From a virus (Duplodnaviria; Caudoviricetes), in the IMG/VR virus record IMGVR_UViG_3300028596_000001: DNA of 64,000 bases. The stretch is one strand, 5' to 3'. The notes beneath the pieces are model-generated. The model saw only the letters and a program-made list of their open reading frames with translations. It had not been told where the DNA came from and searched no databases. Made by a program: the position numbers and the translations under genes. Below, one piece after another: positions 1-10,001 of this stretch. Positions within the stretch are counted from its first letter, which is position 1. The number at the start of each line of letters is the position of its first letter.

Positions 1-2262
1 TGCGTTGTTACGAGGCTTCGGCAGATACTCGGTCAGGTAATCGCTCACCCGCTGGTCGGTCTCCCGGCTGCGCTTGCGCATTGGGAAACTCTTGAAATCC
101 TCTACCCATTTAACCGGGCAGTAGATATGCTTGACACAGTACGGACGACCGTTCAATTCACCCCACTGATCATCTGGTACTTCGCGCTCAGCGCGGGGTA
201 CTTCGTCGGTCAGGTAAAGGGCTCCATTAATAACTGTACGAGTAACTCGATCACCGCGCAAGTTATAACGATCGAAGCGGCCAATAACCCCGCCGTCCAC
301 GAACCCAAGCTCGGTGTCAGCGTTAGGTCTAACCAAATTATCGTAGAAACCATGCGCTCGTACAGTGATCTCTTGTGCCCCATCGACAATAAACTCCTTA
401 TTGTTAATGTAGCAATATTGGTTATCCCAAACCCAGTCCACGTTCTCGATGAGCGGATGACCATTCAACCACAGGTCCACTTCCGCGAAACTGTAGGGGA
501 AGATCTGCCCACCACCGGCATAGATCTCAGTAAGAGCAAAGGCCAAACTGTGATCGATGTGCTCCAGGGTAAAGGTGTACGCCAGGGTCTTCTTGTTGGT
601 TGCCAAGATCCCCCGTTGGTTAACACGGTCCAGCCCTTTCCAGGAAACCCGGCCATTGGAGATAACGTAAATCTTGTCATCCCCGGTAACGTCCTTCCAC
701 GGACCAACGATCTTCTTCAGATCGATGTTGTAGTCGGATACGTAAACCCGCAGGTCGTAAGTAGAGCTAACCACAGTATCCACGTTGGTTACCGTGATAT
801 CCACCGTTCGACCGAAGTGACCGATAGTGAACTCCACCAGCTTACAGTTGGTATGCACCGGACTGTAGTACCGTGCATTGGTCTGGTTGTAGTAACCAAC
901 CAACTTACCGTTCTCGTCGTGTTCCCATGCCGTGCATTTCTCACGGTAGGTTTCTGGGATCTCCACCCCACGACCACCCAAGAGGTATTCTGCTCGGATA
1001 GGGGTTTCGCTCAGCACACGAGTAGCAGCGTTGTAACCGATGGCTGGGTTAGCCTTAGCCCGAGTGATCTCCCGATACTGCAACCGGGTAAAGCTCAGTA
1101 CCGAACCAGACTCCAGGCCATTAGCCGTCCACTCAGGCACCAGAGCACGAGGACCGGTCATGGCACGGAGGATATCCGCATCAGGCATGCGGTACAGATA
1201 ACGGAGACGCTGGTGGTCATGAGGCCACTGGTATTCCCAATCGCTCTTACGCACCAGTACCGTGATCTGAATATCATCTACCTTGGCCAGGTCCGGATGA
1301 TAGGTAGCTGCGTTCTGAATGAACTCGTCGGCAATCGCCACGTCACAGTGAGTCAACTGGCGTACAGCGGTAGCATCGTTTCGAGGCAACAACAGACCAC
1401 GGTTGTTACGTGCAGTCAGGTAATAGTCGTTGTCGTCGAAGTAGCGAATGGTGAAATCACCCTTGACCTTAGGCGGATGGATAATCAGCTTACGCTTCTT
1501 GTCCAGATCCGAATGGAAGTCTTTCAGGTTCTTGTACGCGTAAGTCTCTACCCGCACTACCGAAGGATCGTGCCAGATCTCAACGATGTCACCTTGCGCC
1601 AACCCAGGAATAACGTTAGGAGCTCCTTTAAAGAAAGCCCCGTTATGGAACACCCCGGTGTAACCAGGCTTGGCCTTCAACCAGGTGTAACGGCTCATGA
1701 AGATAGCCATTTCATTCTGGTTAGCGTAAGTCATGGTTTCGTAGACAAACGGGTTATCGTCGTCTTCGCTGTGCTCCCACTTGTCCACTGGACTGCTAGG
1801 AGTGTAGCAACGGAACCACATTTCTTGGCTGTAGGGGATGGTGTATTGCTTGAACTTCTCGAAAGCAATCAGCACCAAACCGTCGTAGGTGTGCATGACC
1901 CAAGCATGGCTTCGGCTGTACATCGACCCTTTAGCGTTGTAGAGATCCAGTTGGACCCCACGCTTACGACACAACCGCCCCAGGTTAACCCAACGGTCCA
2001 GTGGGTTCTTACCGAGCACACTGTTCTTGAAGTTCCAGTAACCAGGAACCAGGCCAGCCGCACTGAACACGTGGAAAGTACGATCTTCCCGTGGCAATGC
2101 GCGCCAGCGATTCATGTAACTGTAGTTCTGGACCACGCCTGCGTCAGGAGTAACCCGTACCAACTTAACTTGATATTGTCCGTTTTCCTCTGGGTTACCC
2201 CAGATATGACTTTGCGCATACTCCACCAACGGAGTGCCGTCTTCTGGACTTCTTTGGCTCAT
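1..2262 (-). CDS. Large virion structural protein (phiKZ gp27-like), truncated at window start
   Basis: Read manually because it is absent from the ORF track: ATG at 2262 (MSQRSPEDGTPLVEYAQSHIWGNPEENGQYQV...), same frame also open at the window edge (...MRKRSRETDQRVSDYLTEYLPKPRNNA); middle not read codon by codon. The + strand 127..2286 ORF is its antisense shadow. Position next to the divergent sheath/tube genes matches phiKZ synteny. Confidence 0.75.
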   Translation of the reverse strand, partial: MSQRSPEDGTPLVEYAQSHIWGNPEENGQYQVKLVRVTPDAGVVQNYSYMNRWRALPREDRTFHVFSAAGLVPGYWNFKNSVLGKNPLDRWVNLGRLCRKRGVQLDLYNAKGSMYSRSHAWVMHTYDGLVLIAFEKFKQYTIPYSQEMWFRCYTPSSPVDKWEHSEDDDNPFVYETMTYANQNEMAIFMSRYTWLKAKPGYTGVFHNGAFFKGAPNVIPGLAQGDIVEIWHDPSVVRVETYAYKNLKDFHSDLDKKRKLIIHPPKVKGDFTIRYFDDNDYYLTARNNRGLLLPRNDATAVRQLTHCDVAIADEFIQNAATYHPDLAKVDDIQITVLVRKSDWEYQWPHDHQRLRYLYRMPDADILRAMTGPRALVPEWTANGLESGSVLSFTRLQYREITRAKANPAIGYNAATRVLSETPIRAEYLLGGRGVEIPETYREKCTAWEHDENGKLVGYYNQTNARYYSPVHTNCKLVEFTIGHFGRTVDITVTNVDTVVSSTYDLRVYVSDYNIDLKKIVGPWKDVTGDDKIYVISNGRVSWKGLDRVNQRGILATNKKTLAYTFTLEHIDHSLAFALTEIYAGGGQIFPYSFAEVDLWLNGHPLIENVDWVWDNQYCYINNKEFIVDGAQEITVRAHGFYDNLVRPNADTELGFVDGGVIGRFDRYNLRGDRVTRTVINGALYLTDEVPRAEREVPDDQWGELNGRPYCVKHIYCPVKWVEDFKSFPMRKRSRETDQRVSDYLTEYLPKPRNNA

Positions 2263-2267
2263 CCGGT

Positions 2268-3182
2268 TCACCCATTGAGGTCGTAGGTATAATCGATCTT
2301 GAGTTCAAAGGTTTTCAAAATGTCCTTGTTGTACTTGGGATCCAGCGCCAAGCCGAGAGGAGTTTTGTTGTAGCCTTTAAATACGATCGCCCCATAAACA
2401 AATGCAGTAAACAAACAAGGTGCCTCAGTAGCAGCACCAACCACATGACGACCCAGGGCAGCGAAAGTAAAGCCACTGACCAAATGCAGGAAGTCTTTGA
2501 AACTAACAGTCTTCAACTTGTACAAGGTTGGGTTTTCGATAATCGCCTTGTGCAGTTCTACCATTGTCGGTAGACGGCCCAGGTCTTCGATAACACCCAA
2601 CACGAAACCTTTATCAGTACCGAAGATCTCACGGACCACGTTAACGGTCACCAATTCGAGATCGGAGTTAACCGGTTCTTCCAACCCGATGAAGTAGTAG
2701 GCCAGCAACACCTTGAGGGTGAGTGCCTCTTCACTTGCCATTGGGTTACGACCGATCATGCTGCTGCTACCCAGGTTACCCCGGTTAATGATCAGACTAC
2801 CCAACGAATCGGCAAAAGCTTTAGTAGCGACGTTACGTGCTTGCTTCAGCGGAGTCAGATTACCCGTCGCCACGTCTTGCTGCAAGAACGCTGTTAGCTT
2901 CATTACAGTCATTTCGTTGGAGTTAGTAACCTGATTGTTGCTCTCATTACGGTAAGGACGCTCGTCATATACCGTAATCATCTTCCGGTTGTACGCTTGG
3001 AACGTCAACGGGAAAGCGAAGACTTCGATGGGCAACTTATTTTCGTGAGTGATCACGAACACCCCGTCTTTCTTGGTCGGGGTAAGACTTTGACTGATGT
3101 GCAAGGCCTGAATGGTGGCCTCTACTTTGTTAGCCACGCGGTATGGCTTTCCAAAAGTAGTGTTGTACGCGTCGATTTGCAT
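2268..3182 (-). CDS. Conserved virion-associated protein (phiKZ gp28-like)
   Basis: 304-aa ORF ending 5 nt before the next start, divergent from the sheath gene. Assignment by synteny. Confidence 0.6.
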   Translation of the reverse strand: MQIDAYNTTFGKPYRVANKVEATIQALHISQSLTPTKKDGVFVITHENKLPIEVFAFPLTFQAYNRKMITVYDERPYRNESNNQVTNSNEMTVMKLTAFLQQDVATGNLTPLKQARNVATKAFADSLGSLIINRGNLGSSSMIGRNPMASEEALTLKVLLAYYFIGLEEPVNSDLELVTVNVVREIFGTDKGFVLGVIEDLGRLPTMVELHKAIIENPTLYKLKTVSFKDFLHLVSGFTFAALGRHVVGAATEAPCLFTAFVYGAIVFKGYNKTPLGLALDPKYNKDILKTFELKIDYTYDLNG

Positions 3183-3299
3183 CGCTGAACCTCATCGAAA
3201 TAATATGTTATGTGCCAGTGATAAAACACACTGAACGGCCCATAAAGGCTTGCATACGATTGTTTTAGGACCCCCTTCCGAACGTTCAAGAGGTTCAAC

Positions 3300-5471
3300 A
3301 TGACTAGTCTTACTAGCATCGTCCCGGGGAAGGTGGATAACCGGGGGATCAACGATGTCTCGATTCCCGATTATACCCCTGCCCAGACAACTCGTCCGCT
3401 TCACGCGCCCGTCATCCATGGTGTTTTCCCGAAGGGTCAACTGGCTGACGTAAACGGCATTGTCTGGGTTAATACCAGCCAAGTCGGTGCGGTGTTCGGC
3501 GACATTACCGATCCATCTTCCGCTTTCTACTCTCCGACCTCGATCCTGATTCAACGGCTCGTCGCCGGTGGCCAGGCCAGCATCGGCATTCGTCGCTTGT
3601 CGGCGAACAACGTAGTAGCGCGTACCGCTCTGTCGGCCTTCGTTAAGAAGGTTACCGTACAGGATTACCAGCGTGACATCACTGGTAAGTTCGTGCGTGA
3701 CGCTCAAGGCGATCTCGTACCTAACGAAGGGGTTACCTTCCAAGGTCTGGAAATCGAGATCAAAGTCGACCCTGAAGCCAAAACCAAAGGCGTTGGCGAA
3801 CTGATTCGTCGTAAGATCGCTGGCACTCCACCAGACGGTCAAGACCCAGGTACTCCGGACATCGAAGTGTTCCCACTCTTCGACGGTATCGGCGGTGTGG
3901 GCGACGAGTACAACAAAGGCGGCATGAACTTCGGTGTGGACAACCGCGCCTTCCAGTTCGGCGAAATCGCTGATTTCGTTAAAGCCACCGGCGTGTACCC
4001 CTTCAATCTGCGTCAGTTCACTGACACCGACAAGGGCAAGCGTAACTACGCCAAGACTCCTCGTGGTCGTGAGACCGTTGAAGCGACCCTGTTCGACGCC
4101 CTGTATCAGAGCACTCGTTACAACCTGAAGCGTGCCTTCGGTGAGTTCACTGGTACTAACGTCAACCGCAAGGTTGTTCCGATCCCAGCTCCGTACTCCG
4201 GTGTCCACGTGTACCAGGAATCGATCACGGCCCTGTGCCAGTCGCTGTACGCGATCGAATCCCAGCACAACGACAACCTGGTCGAAGTTTCGGTTATGCC
4301 GTATCGCCAGATGAACCCGTTCACCTGCGTCGACCACAACGGTGCTCCTTATTACGCCATCACTACCCCTGACACTGTCAACTGGGATCTGTCGGCGGCA
4401 ATCAAGATCACTGGCGGTATCTCGCCGTTCTTCGACAACGAAGGCAAACTGCCGGACTACGTGACCAAGTCGGAAGTGGACGATCCGTTCAACGTTCTGA
4501 CCAACGTCAAGTTCCCGGTGACTCGTGACGAAGCCTGGCAGGTGCAGAACAACCTGATCGCCAGCGATCTGGAAGTTTACGTTGACAGCATCGAAACTGC
4601 CAACTACACCCGTAACCGCCAATCGTTCTTCTGGGACATCGGTTACTCGCAGGACGTCAAGGATCAGGCAGTTCGTCTGCTGGGTAGCCGTAAGGATATC
4701 CTGGTAATCCCGTGCGCCACTATCTGGCGTCCAGGCAAGACCAACAATGTAGAACAGCTGTACTCGCGTTCGGCCCAACTGAACAACCAAGTACGCATGT
4801 TCCCTGAGTCCGAGTTCTGGGGTACCCCGTCGACTCGTTCGTCGATCAACCTGATCGAGGCTTACGCCATCGATGAACCGCTGGGTGAAGTTTACTCGGC
4901 CAACATCGACCTGGCTTACGCCTACGCGCTGTTCGCTGGTAACGCACAGGGTATCATCGTGCCTTCGGCTTCGCCGTCGCATGCTGACAACCGTATCCTG
5001 CGTACCATGCACTCGCCGAACATCGAGTTCGAGGGTGACGTGCAATCGGCTGAGAACTTCAACCGTGGTTGCATCACCCTGCGTCCGTACGACTCGGGCG
5101 AACGCCTGTACCGTCCGGCGCTGGTAACCGTCTACCCTAACGTAGACTCGGTCCTCAAAGACCAGGTTACTGCCTTCCTGTGCGTCTGCATCGAGAAGAT
5201 CTGCCAAGATGAGTGGAACCGTGTATGCGGTGACACCAACCTGTCGGCAGCGAACTACGTGTCGGTGTTCAAGGATAGCGCAGAGCGTCAGTGTCGTGAC
5301 CGCCTCGGTTCGCTGGCACGCAACATCCGCGTTGAACCTTCCTACTCGGAAGGCTCGGTAGGCAGCAAAGCAATCCTGAACACTCGTGTTCATGCCTACT
5401 TCAACAAGGGCAAATACCAAATGACGCTGGATCTCTTCGCCCACAACGAAGAAGAACTGGCTAACGCCTAA
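3300..5471 (+). CDS. Contractile tail sheath protein (phiKZ gp29-like)
   Basis: 723 aa, strongly biased codons, N-terminal 'GINDVSIP...PLHAP' typical of the phiKZ-family sheath, directly followed by a tube-sized gene. Confidence 0.85.
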   Translation: MTSLTSIVPGKVDNRGINDVSIPDYTPAQTTRPLHAPVIHGVFPKGQLADVNGIVWVNTSQVGAVFGDITDPSSAFYSPTSILIQRLVAGGQASIGIRRLSANNVVARTALSAFVKKVTVQDYQRDITGKFVRDAQGDLVPNEGVTFQGLEIEIKVDPEAKTKGVGELIRRKIAGTPPDGQDPGTPDIEVFPLFDGIGGVGDEYNKGGMNFGVDNRAFQFGEIADFVKATGVYPFNLRQFTDTDKGKRNYAKTPRGRETVEATLFDALYQSTRYNLKRAFGEFTGTNVNRKVVPIPAPYSGVHVYQESITALCQSLYAIESQHNDNLVEVSVMPYRQMNPFTCVDHNGAPYYAITTPDTVNWDLSAAIKITGGISPFFDNEGKLPDYVTKSEVDDPFNVLTNVKFPVTRDEAWQVQNNLIASDLEVYVDSIETANYTRNRQSFFWDIGYSQDVKDQAVRLLGSRKDILVIPCATIWRPGKTNNVEQLYSRSAQLNNQVRMFPESEFWGTPSTRSSINLIEAYAIDEPLGEVYSANIDLAYAYALFAGNAQGIIVPSASPSHADNRILRTMHSPNIEFEGDVQSAENFNRGCITLRPYDSGERLYRPALVTVYPNVDSVLKDQVTAFLCVCIEKICQDEWNRVCGDTNLSAANYVSVFKDSAERQCRDRLGSLARNIRVEPSYSEGSVGSKAILNTRVHAYFNKGKYQMTLDLFAHNEEELANA

Positions 5472-5486
5472 GGAGGGTGAGTAATC

Positions 5487-6386
5487 ATGGCTGCTGATTC
5501 CAATCTGCCGCACCGGACCAGTGAGACGCTCCTCCCTGTGAGCGACCCATTCGTCCAGGCTATGGACATCGGGGACCGTCCCGTCATCAACCCTGCAGAG
5601 GGTGGACAGTACGGCTGGGCTGGTAACGTATTCGAGTACGTTTCCACCCAACCCCACGTTTCCCAACAAGCGTTCTGCATCGTGTTGTCGACTCCAGCCG
5701 GGTTCTCCCGGCTGCCAGCCGGCGACCAGCTGCACTCGCTGTGCAAATCGTTCTTCGAGAACCGCACGCGTATCTTCGACGGTCTGTCCGACCAAACGCA
5801 GATCAGCTTCGCTGACATGCGCTGGACCGGTCACCGGATGGCGATCGCTGTTGGTGCTCAGCGTACCCTGGGTGCTGTGACCCACACCGGTTACGACGTC
5901 GAAGGTGAACCATTCACCAAGATGTTCAAGGTGTGGCAACAGTGGCTGGTAATGGACGCTGAAGTCCTGAACGCCAAAATGGTTATCCTGGAAGATCCGG
6001 GTGACATGCTGCTGGACGAAACCGGTTACTCGGCTATCTACTTCGAGCCGACTCGTAACTTCCGGGACATCGCCCACGCGGCTCTCTTGGTAGGTGGTCA
6101 GCCTACCCAGAACGTCCAGATCACTCTGCGTCGTAACAAAGACGAAGAGAACCAGATCCGTGACATCGCCATGGAAATGACTGGCGTGATCGAATTCGAC
6201 ACCTACGCGGTGAAAGAAATCGCTCGCCAGATGCTGCGTCTGATGCCGCTGTACAACCCGGATGCTGTTACTGCTCCGATTGGCTTCACTCAGCGCACTG
6301 CGATCCTGGAAAACCTGCCGACCGGTACTATCGAACGTATGGTTGAACAAGCCACTCGTATCGACAACCCGGCTTACCTCGGCTAA
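5487..6386 (+). CDS. Tail tube protein (phiKZ gp30-like)
   Basis: 299 aa, strong RBS (aggagg), immediately downstream of the sheath; 'GGQYGWAG...' N-terminus. Confidence 0.8.
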   Translation: MAADSNLPHRTSETLLPVSDPFVQAMDIGDRPVINPAEGGQYGWAGNVFEYVSTQPHVSQQAFCIVLSTPAGFSRLPAGDQLHSLCKSFFENRTRIFDGLSDQTQISFADMRWTGHRMAIAVGAQRTLGAVTHTGYDVEGEPFTKMFKVWQQWLVMDAEVLNAKMVILEDPGDMLLDETGYSAIYFEPTRNFRDIAHAALLVGGQPTQNVQITLRRNKDEENQIRDIAMEMTGVIEFDTYAVKEIARQMLRLMPLYNPDAVTAPIGFTQRTAILENLPTGTIERMVEQATRIDNPAYLG

Positions 6387-6409
6387 AAAAGTAATAGGTA
6401 CGACGTGTC

Positions 6410-6447
6410 CCCTACTACCTCTAGCCGCAAGGCTAGAGGTAGTAGGG
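6410..6447. terminator. 17-bp hairpin with GCAA loop between convergent genes
   Basis: CCCTACTACCTCTAGCC-GCAA-GGCTAGAGGTAGTAGGG. Confidence 0.8.
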
Positions 6448-6457
6448 TTATGTCCGC

Positions 6458-6901
6458 TTAGCGGAATTTGAACGGCCGGTGGTCGCTGTTGTCATACGCG
6501 TAAATCGTTCCATTGATACTGACCAGCGCATCGTTCTTGCGATTCACAATCTCGTCGAAGATAAGTAAGTCCTTCGAATGAGAACCCTTCTTGTTGATAT
6601 TACCCGAGGCAGAACTAATGAAGGAACACATTTCCTTCAGCGTAAAGTACCCGGGGAATCTACACTCCCACCCACTCACCCCTTGTGTCAACGTGGGAGA
6701 GGTAACGGTGTCGTCCCGTATCAGTTCGATGCGTCCTGCATACACACCTAGTTTGTACTTGAAGTACATCCCTGTTGGCGTGCGAACTACAGAATACTCG
6801 AGCCCCTTGTGTTCTAGGTAGCGGGCGAAAGCCACTAGCGCTACAGCCACCCACAAAAAGAACGTTAGGAAATTAAGCCCAAGATTAACCATTTCAGCCA
6901 T
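6458..6901 (-). CDS. Hypothetical protein with N-terminal transmembrane segment
   Basis: 147 aa; hydrophobic LGLNFLTFFLWVAVALVAFA. Confidence 0.6.
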   Translation of the reverse strand: MAEMVNLGLNFLTFFLWVAVALVAFARYLEHKGLEYSVVRTPTGMYFKYKLGVYAGRIELIRDDTVTSPTLTQGVSGWECRFPGYFTLKEMCSFISSASGNINKKGSHSKDLLIFDEIVNRKNDALVSINGTIYAYDNSDHRPFKFR

Positions 6902-6907
6902 TACCGT

Positions 6908-7648
6908 CTACCTGCTAAAAATACGTTGATAGTTTTGGCCAATGATAGATTTAATGACTACCTTATTGGCTGCCAACCGTTTGAATGATAAAATGTGGTC
7001 CTTAAAGGCTTCTTGGGTGGCGCGGGTTAGATTATTCCAAACCGTGCCTTCGTGACCGTACATCATGTCGAACCCAATGGCCAAGGAGTCGTGCCAGGTT
7101 TCAATCTGACATTCACCTGAGGAATCCACATCACCACATTTGTTATCCTTAACGTAACTGACTACTGCGTTATCAATGTCCTTGAAACGCACATTAGTAA
7201 GGATGCTTACTTCAGACACCATTAGCACAAACGCACCATCAACACTGCGTCGGAACCGTTGACGATTATAACGCAAGCAATTACAGATGGTTTTGATCTC
7301 GTCCTCACTAAAGTAGCGGGGAGCTACCATGTTGATGAACGAAATAGCGAAGGCCACTGAACCCTCATGCGGATCAGTGCCTATAAAACGCCTACCGGAC
7401 TCCATAAGCATGATACTGGCCAACAGAATACCCTGACTGTTGACATTGAGATTCTGGGCCTCAGCAATCTCTTTAGCCGTTATCAGAGCCCTTTGCAACC
7501 AAGTAGTGTCGAACCCTTGCGGATTAGACTTCATATGAGTATACACGCCGATAATGAAATCAAGAGGCAACAAACCCTCCACCGATCCCAGAATGTCTTT
7601 GAACGTGGTCAACTCCTTATGATCCTGGATAGTAAAACGTATGCTCAC
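6908..7648 (-). CDS. HD-domain-like protein, metal-binding residues apparently lost
   Basis: Probable GTG start at 7648 after AGGAG (the track starts at 7669). Pattern 'QRALITAKEIA..LLASIMLMESG..HEGS..FSEDEIKTICNCL' follows HD-fold spacing, with ME in place of HD. Confidence 0.5.
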   Translation of the reverse strand: MSIRFTIQDHKELTTFKDILGSVEGLLPLDFIIGVYTHMKSNPQGFDTTWLQRALITAKEIAEAQNLNVNSQGILLASIMLMESGRRFIGTDPHEGSVAFAISFINMVAPRYFSEDEIKTICNCLRYNRQRFRRSVDGAFVLMVSEVSILTNVRFKDIDNAVVSYVKDNKCGDVDSSGECQIETWHDSLAIGFDMMYGHEGTVWNNLTRATQEAFKDHILSFKRLAANKVVIKSIIGQNYQRIFSR

Positions 7649-7698
7649 TTTACTCACTCCTAAAAACACGATCTCCTAAAAAATTGAAAAGGATGAAA

Positions 7699-7732
7699 TA
7701 GTACTACCCTCCCATATGGGAGGGTAGTACTA
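7699..7732. terminator. 34-nt perfect palindrome/hairpin
   Basis: TAGTACTACCCTCCCATATGGGAGGGTAGTACTA. Confidence 0.8.
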
Positions 7733-7737
7733 AACGG

Positions 7738-8871
7738 TTAGTAAGCGTAGGGTTTGGGTTTGGTAACAAACGGAGTCAAGTCAATTTCAGGAGTAACAAA
7801 GAACAGGGTGCCGGCCGGCGACATATCCCAGTCAATGATCAGAATGGGAAGTTTTGCACCAGCCAGCAACCCCAGCTTTTCATTCATATGAGTGGCCAGC
7901 GTGGTCCGGAACTGGTTGCGGTTATTGATATCGTTCATGTTGGCGTGGCTTGGGAATTTACCAACATACCAGTTAAAGTATTGTTGGTTAAGCGCCCAGA
8001 CTTTACGACCGAGTTGTGGTTGGTTCTCGGCCAGCAACAACGGGACTTTCGGTTCTTCCGGCTGCGCGACTTCTACTGGCAAGAGCTTGAGAGTACCGGC
8101 TGAGAACACCGGACCAAAACGACTTGGACCGTCCCCTTCCGTGGCAAAGAAACCATCCCAGTCAACTATTACAACCTTGGTGTGTATTTCACGGATGTCG
8201 GTATTCAAACCGTTGTTACCAGCCAGCTTGCACACCTCTACGCGCAAAGCCTGCTCGTAAGAAGCACGATCGAGCATGGACCCGCGCAGCGTCAACATGT
8301 GCTCTGCAATAAACCAGTCATGCCACTCACGGTTGATCACCCAGAACCCGGTGGAGGCAGCCGGCTGTTGCGCAGACAGGATAGGGAGTTCGATCTTCTT
8401 GGTCGCTTCCTCGTCGCGTTGACGCAGAACGGTATTGAGCTCAGTACGAGTACCGGCGAGTTCTTCTTCGCGCTGCACGACCAGGCCCCTGATGTCACTC
8501 ACTTCTTTGGCCAGGTCATCTTTTACGGCAGTCACCGCCTCGAGTTCCAACCGCGCGTCGCTGAGTTCTTTTTCGGCCACTTGCAGTTTGTCTGCGTCGT
8601 CTGCGATCAAGGTATGCAGACGAGCCAGCTCGCGCACTTGCTGCTCGATGGCTTTCTGGAAGTCGCCGATCAGGGCCACCGCGTATTTCAGATGCGATGT
8701 GATCTGTGCTGCGGCACGCTTGGTCTTTACGTTCTTCTCCAGTCCGTCGACTACGTTGGAGATGCCGTTGATCGCATCAGCGATACGGTTGGCCGTCAGG
8801 TTGGCCATCAGATTGATGACTTCATCTTTACCGGTTTGTTCTGCGATGACAGAAGACATTTCGTTACTCAT
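7738..8871 (-). CDS. Coiled-coil protein with duplicated C-terminal domain
   Basis: Likely start MSNEMSS at 8871 (GGAG RBS). Heptad-rich central region, then two W-x-[IL]-N...I-x-D-W-D repeats. Confidence 0.65.
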   Translation of the reverse strand: MSNEMSSVIAEQTGKDEVINLMANLTANRIADAINGISNVVDGLEKNVKTKRAAAQITSHLKYAVALIGDFQKAIEQQVRELARLHTLIADDADKLQVAEKELSDARLELEAVTAVKDDLAKEVSDIRGLVVQREEELAGTRTELNTVLRQRDEEATKKIELPILSAQQPAASTGFWVINREWHDWFIAEHMLTLRGSMLDRASYEQALRVEVCKLAGNNGLNTDIREIHTKVVIVDWDGFFATEGDGPSRFGPVFSAGTLKLLPVEVAQPEEPKVPLLLAENQPQLGRKVWALNQQYFNWYVGKFPSHANMNDINNRNQFRTTLATHMNEKLGLLAGAKLPILIIDWDMSPAGTLFFVTPEIDLTPFVTKPKPYAY

Positions 8872-8937
8872 GCTTTGCTCCAAAAGACTATAAAAAGATT
8901 TAGCTAGGTTAGCGCCAGGGTTAGGGTTAAACATGTT

Positions 8938-9399
8938 TCATTCTTCACCGTTATTACTGACCCAGGTCATATCCCTGGTAACGGTGTCGTCCATATTGAG
9001 GGTGGTGATACTCTTGCAAGAATCGAGCGTGGTGATTTTCTCATTCTCGTCGACCTTCAGAGTAACCAGTACCTCACTACCGCGGTCAGTTACCGAGACG
9101 GTTACCCACTCCTTATCGAAGTTGGCATACATCTCGATATCCTCCACTTTCTCGGAAGCGTTATACTCACGATTCCAGAACATGCTGTTGGTAGACTTGA
9201 CCCAGATATGATCTGCTGGGCCATTGGGGAGTTCCCCACCGTAGCTGGTGACGAGTTGCTTGCGCTGCTCGTCTAGCGACACTACCAGATACTTACCGCC
9301 ATTAGTGGAACATTCCGCCACGATCTTGGCTGGCTCTTCCGCCATTGCCGAACTGGCGAACAGAGCTACAACCAGTCCAGCAAATGCAAACTTCTTCAT
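8938..9399 (-). CDS. Secreted/periplasmic protein with Sec signal peptide
   Basis: MKKFAFAGLVVALFASSAMA|EE is a classic signal peptidase I site; the mature part has two Cys. Confidence 0.75.
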   Translation of the reverse strand: MKKFAFAGLVVALFASSAMAEEPAKIVAECSTNGGKYLVVSLDEQRKQLVTSYGGELPNGPADHIWVKSTNSMFWNREYNASEKVEDIEMYANFDKEWVTVSVTDRGSEVLVTLKVDENEKITTLDSCKSITTLNMDDTVTRDMTWVSNNGEE

Positions 9400-9419
9400 G
9401 ACGAAACTCCTTTACCGAA

Positions 9420-9863
9420 TTAGATGACCTTCTTAAGGCCGACCTGGGCGTGCTTTTGCATACCCACGTACATGTTGTCCAGGAACACACCGATATTCTC
9501 ACGGACGTCGTAATCAGTTACAACCAGGTTGAACTGAGCGATACTCAGATAGCTACCGCCCAGCAAACGATCCAACATCTCGTTGGCGTTATAAACTAGT
9601 TTGAAGGGCTTGCCTTCGTCGAAGTTATAACGTTCGTATACCACGACGGTATCCATTGGGGTACCTACCATGATGATCCGACGACCGGAATCAGGGCAGA
9701 TGGTTTTTACTACTTCGCCGATCTTCAAGTCAGCACGCACAGCACCGCTCAACCGACCGGTGTCATCGCGCCAAGTACGATCGAAAGGTACCACTGCTTT
9801 GATGTTGATGTAAGCAGATTCGAAACGTTTACGCAGTTCTACAGATTGGTCTACGAGTACCAT
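9420..9863 (-). CDS. Hypothetical phage protein, first gene after an early promoter
   Basis: 147 aa with AGGAG RBS; promoter motif at 9926-9941. Confidence 0.65.
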   Translation of the reverse strand: MVLVDQSVELRKRFESAYINIKAVVPFDRTWRDDTGRLSGAVRADLKIGEVVKTICPDSGRRIIMVGTPMDTVVVYERYNFDEGKPFKLVYNANEMLDRLLGGSYLSIAQFNLVVTDYDVRENIGVFLDNMYVGMQKHAQVGLKKVI

Positions 9864-9925
9864 GATGAGCTCCTTGCACGAAAGGCTAAATGCTTATTAA
9901 GTTTTGATTGACCTTCATCATCAAA

Positions 9926-9941
9926 GTAATATAGGTCTGAA
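9926..9941 (-). promoter_or_regulatory. Putative vRNAP early promoter (TTCAGACCTATATTAC)
   Basis: One of four near-identical intergenic copies; contains the TATATTAC core known for phiKZ early promoters. Confidence 0.7.
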
Positions 9942-9977
9942 GCTCCCTAGGAATTAAAAATACAAACATAGGGTAAA

Positions 9978-10001
9978 CCAGGTAGCCTTGCGGCTACCTG
10001 G
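9978..10001. terminator. 10-bp hairpin
   Basis: CCAGGTAGCC-TTGC-GGCTACCTGG (GCAA loop on the minus strand). Confidence 0.7.

Noticed and set aside
127-2286. 719-aa plus-strand ORF
   Set aside because: Antisense shadow in the same codon register as the real minus-strand gp27-like gene; no protein-like motifs.
3192-6350. 1052-aa minus-strand ORF, and similar long antisense ORFs (16802..18262, 20688..22784, 25925..28180, 32048..33667, 60576..63578)
   Set aside because: These arise from the strong codon bias of the sense genes (few TTA/CTA/TCA codons), have no RBS context, and overlap well-supported genes completely.
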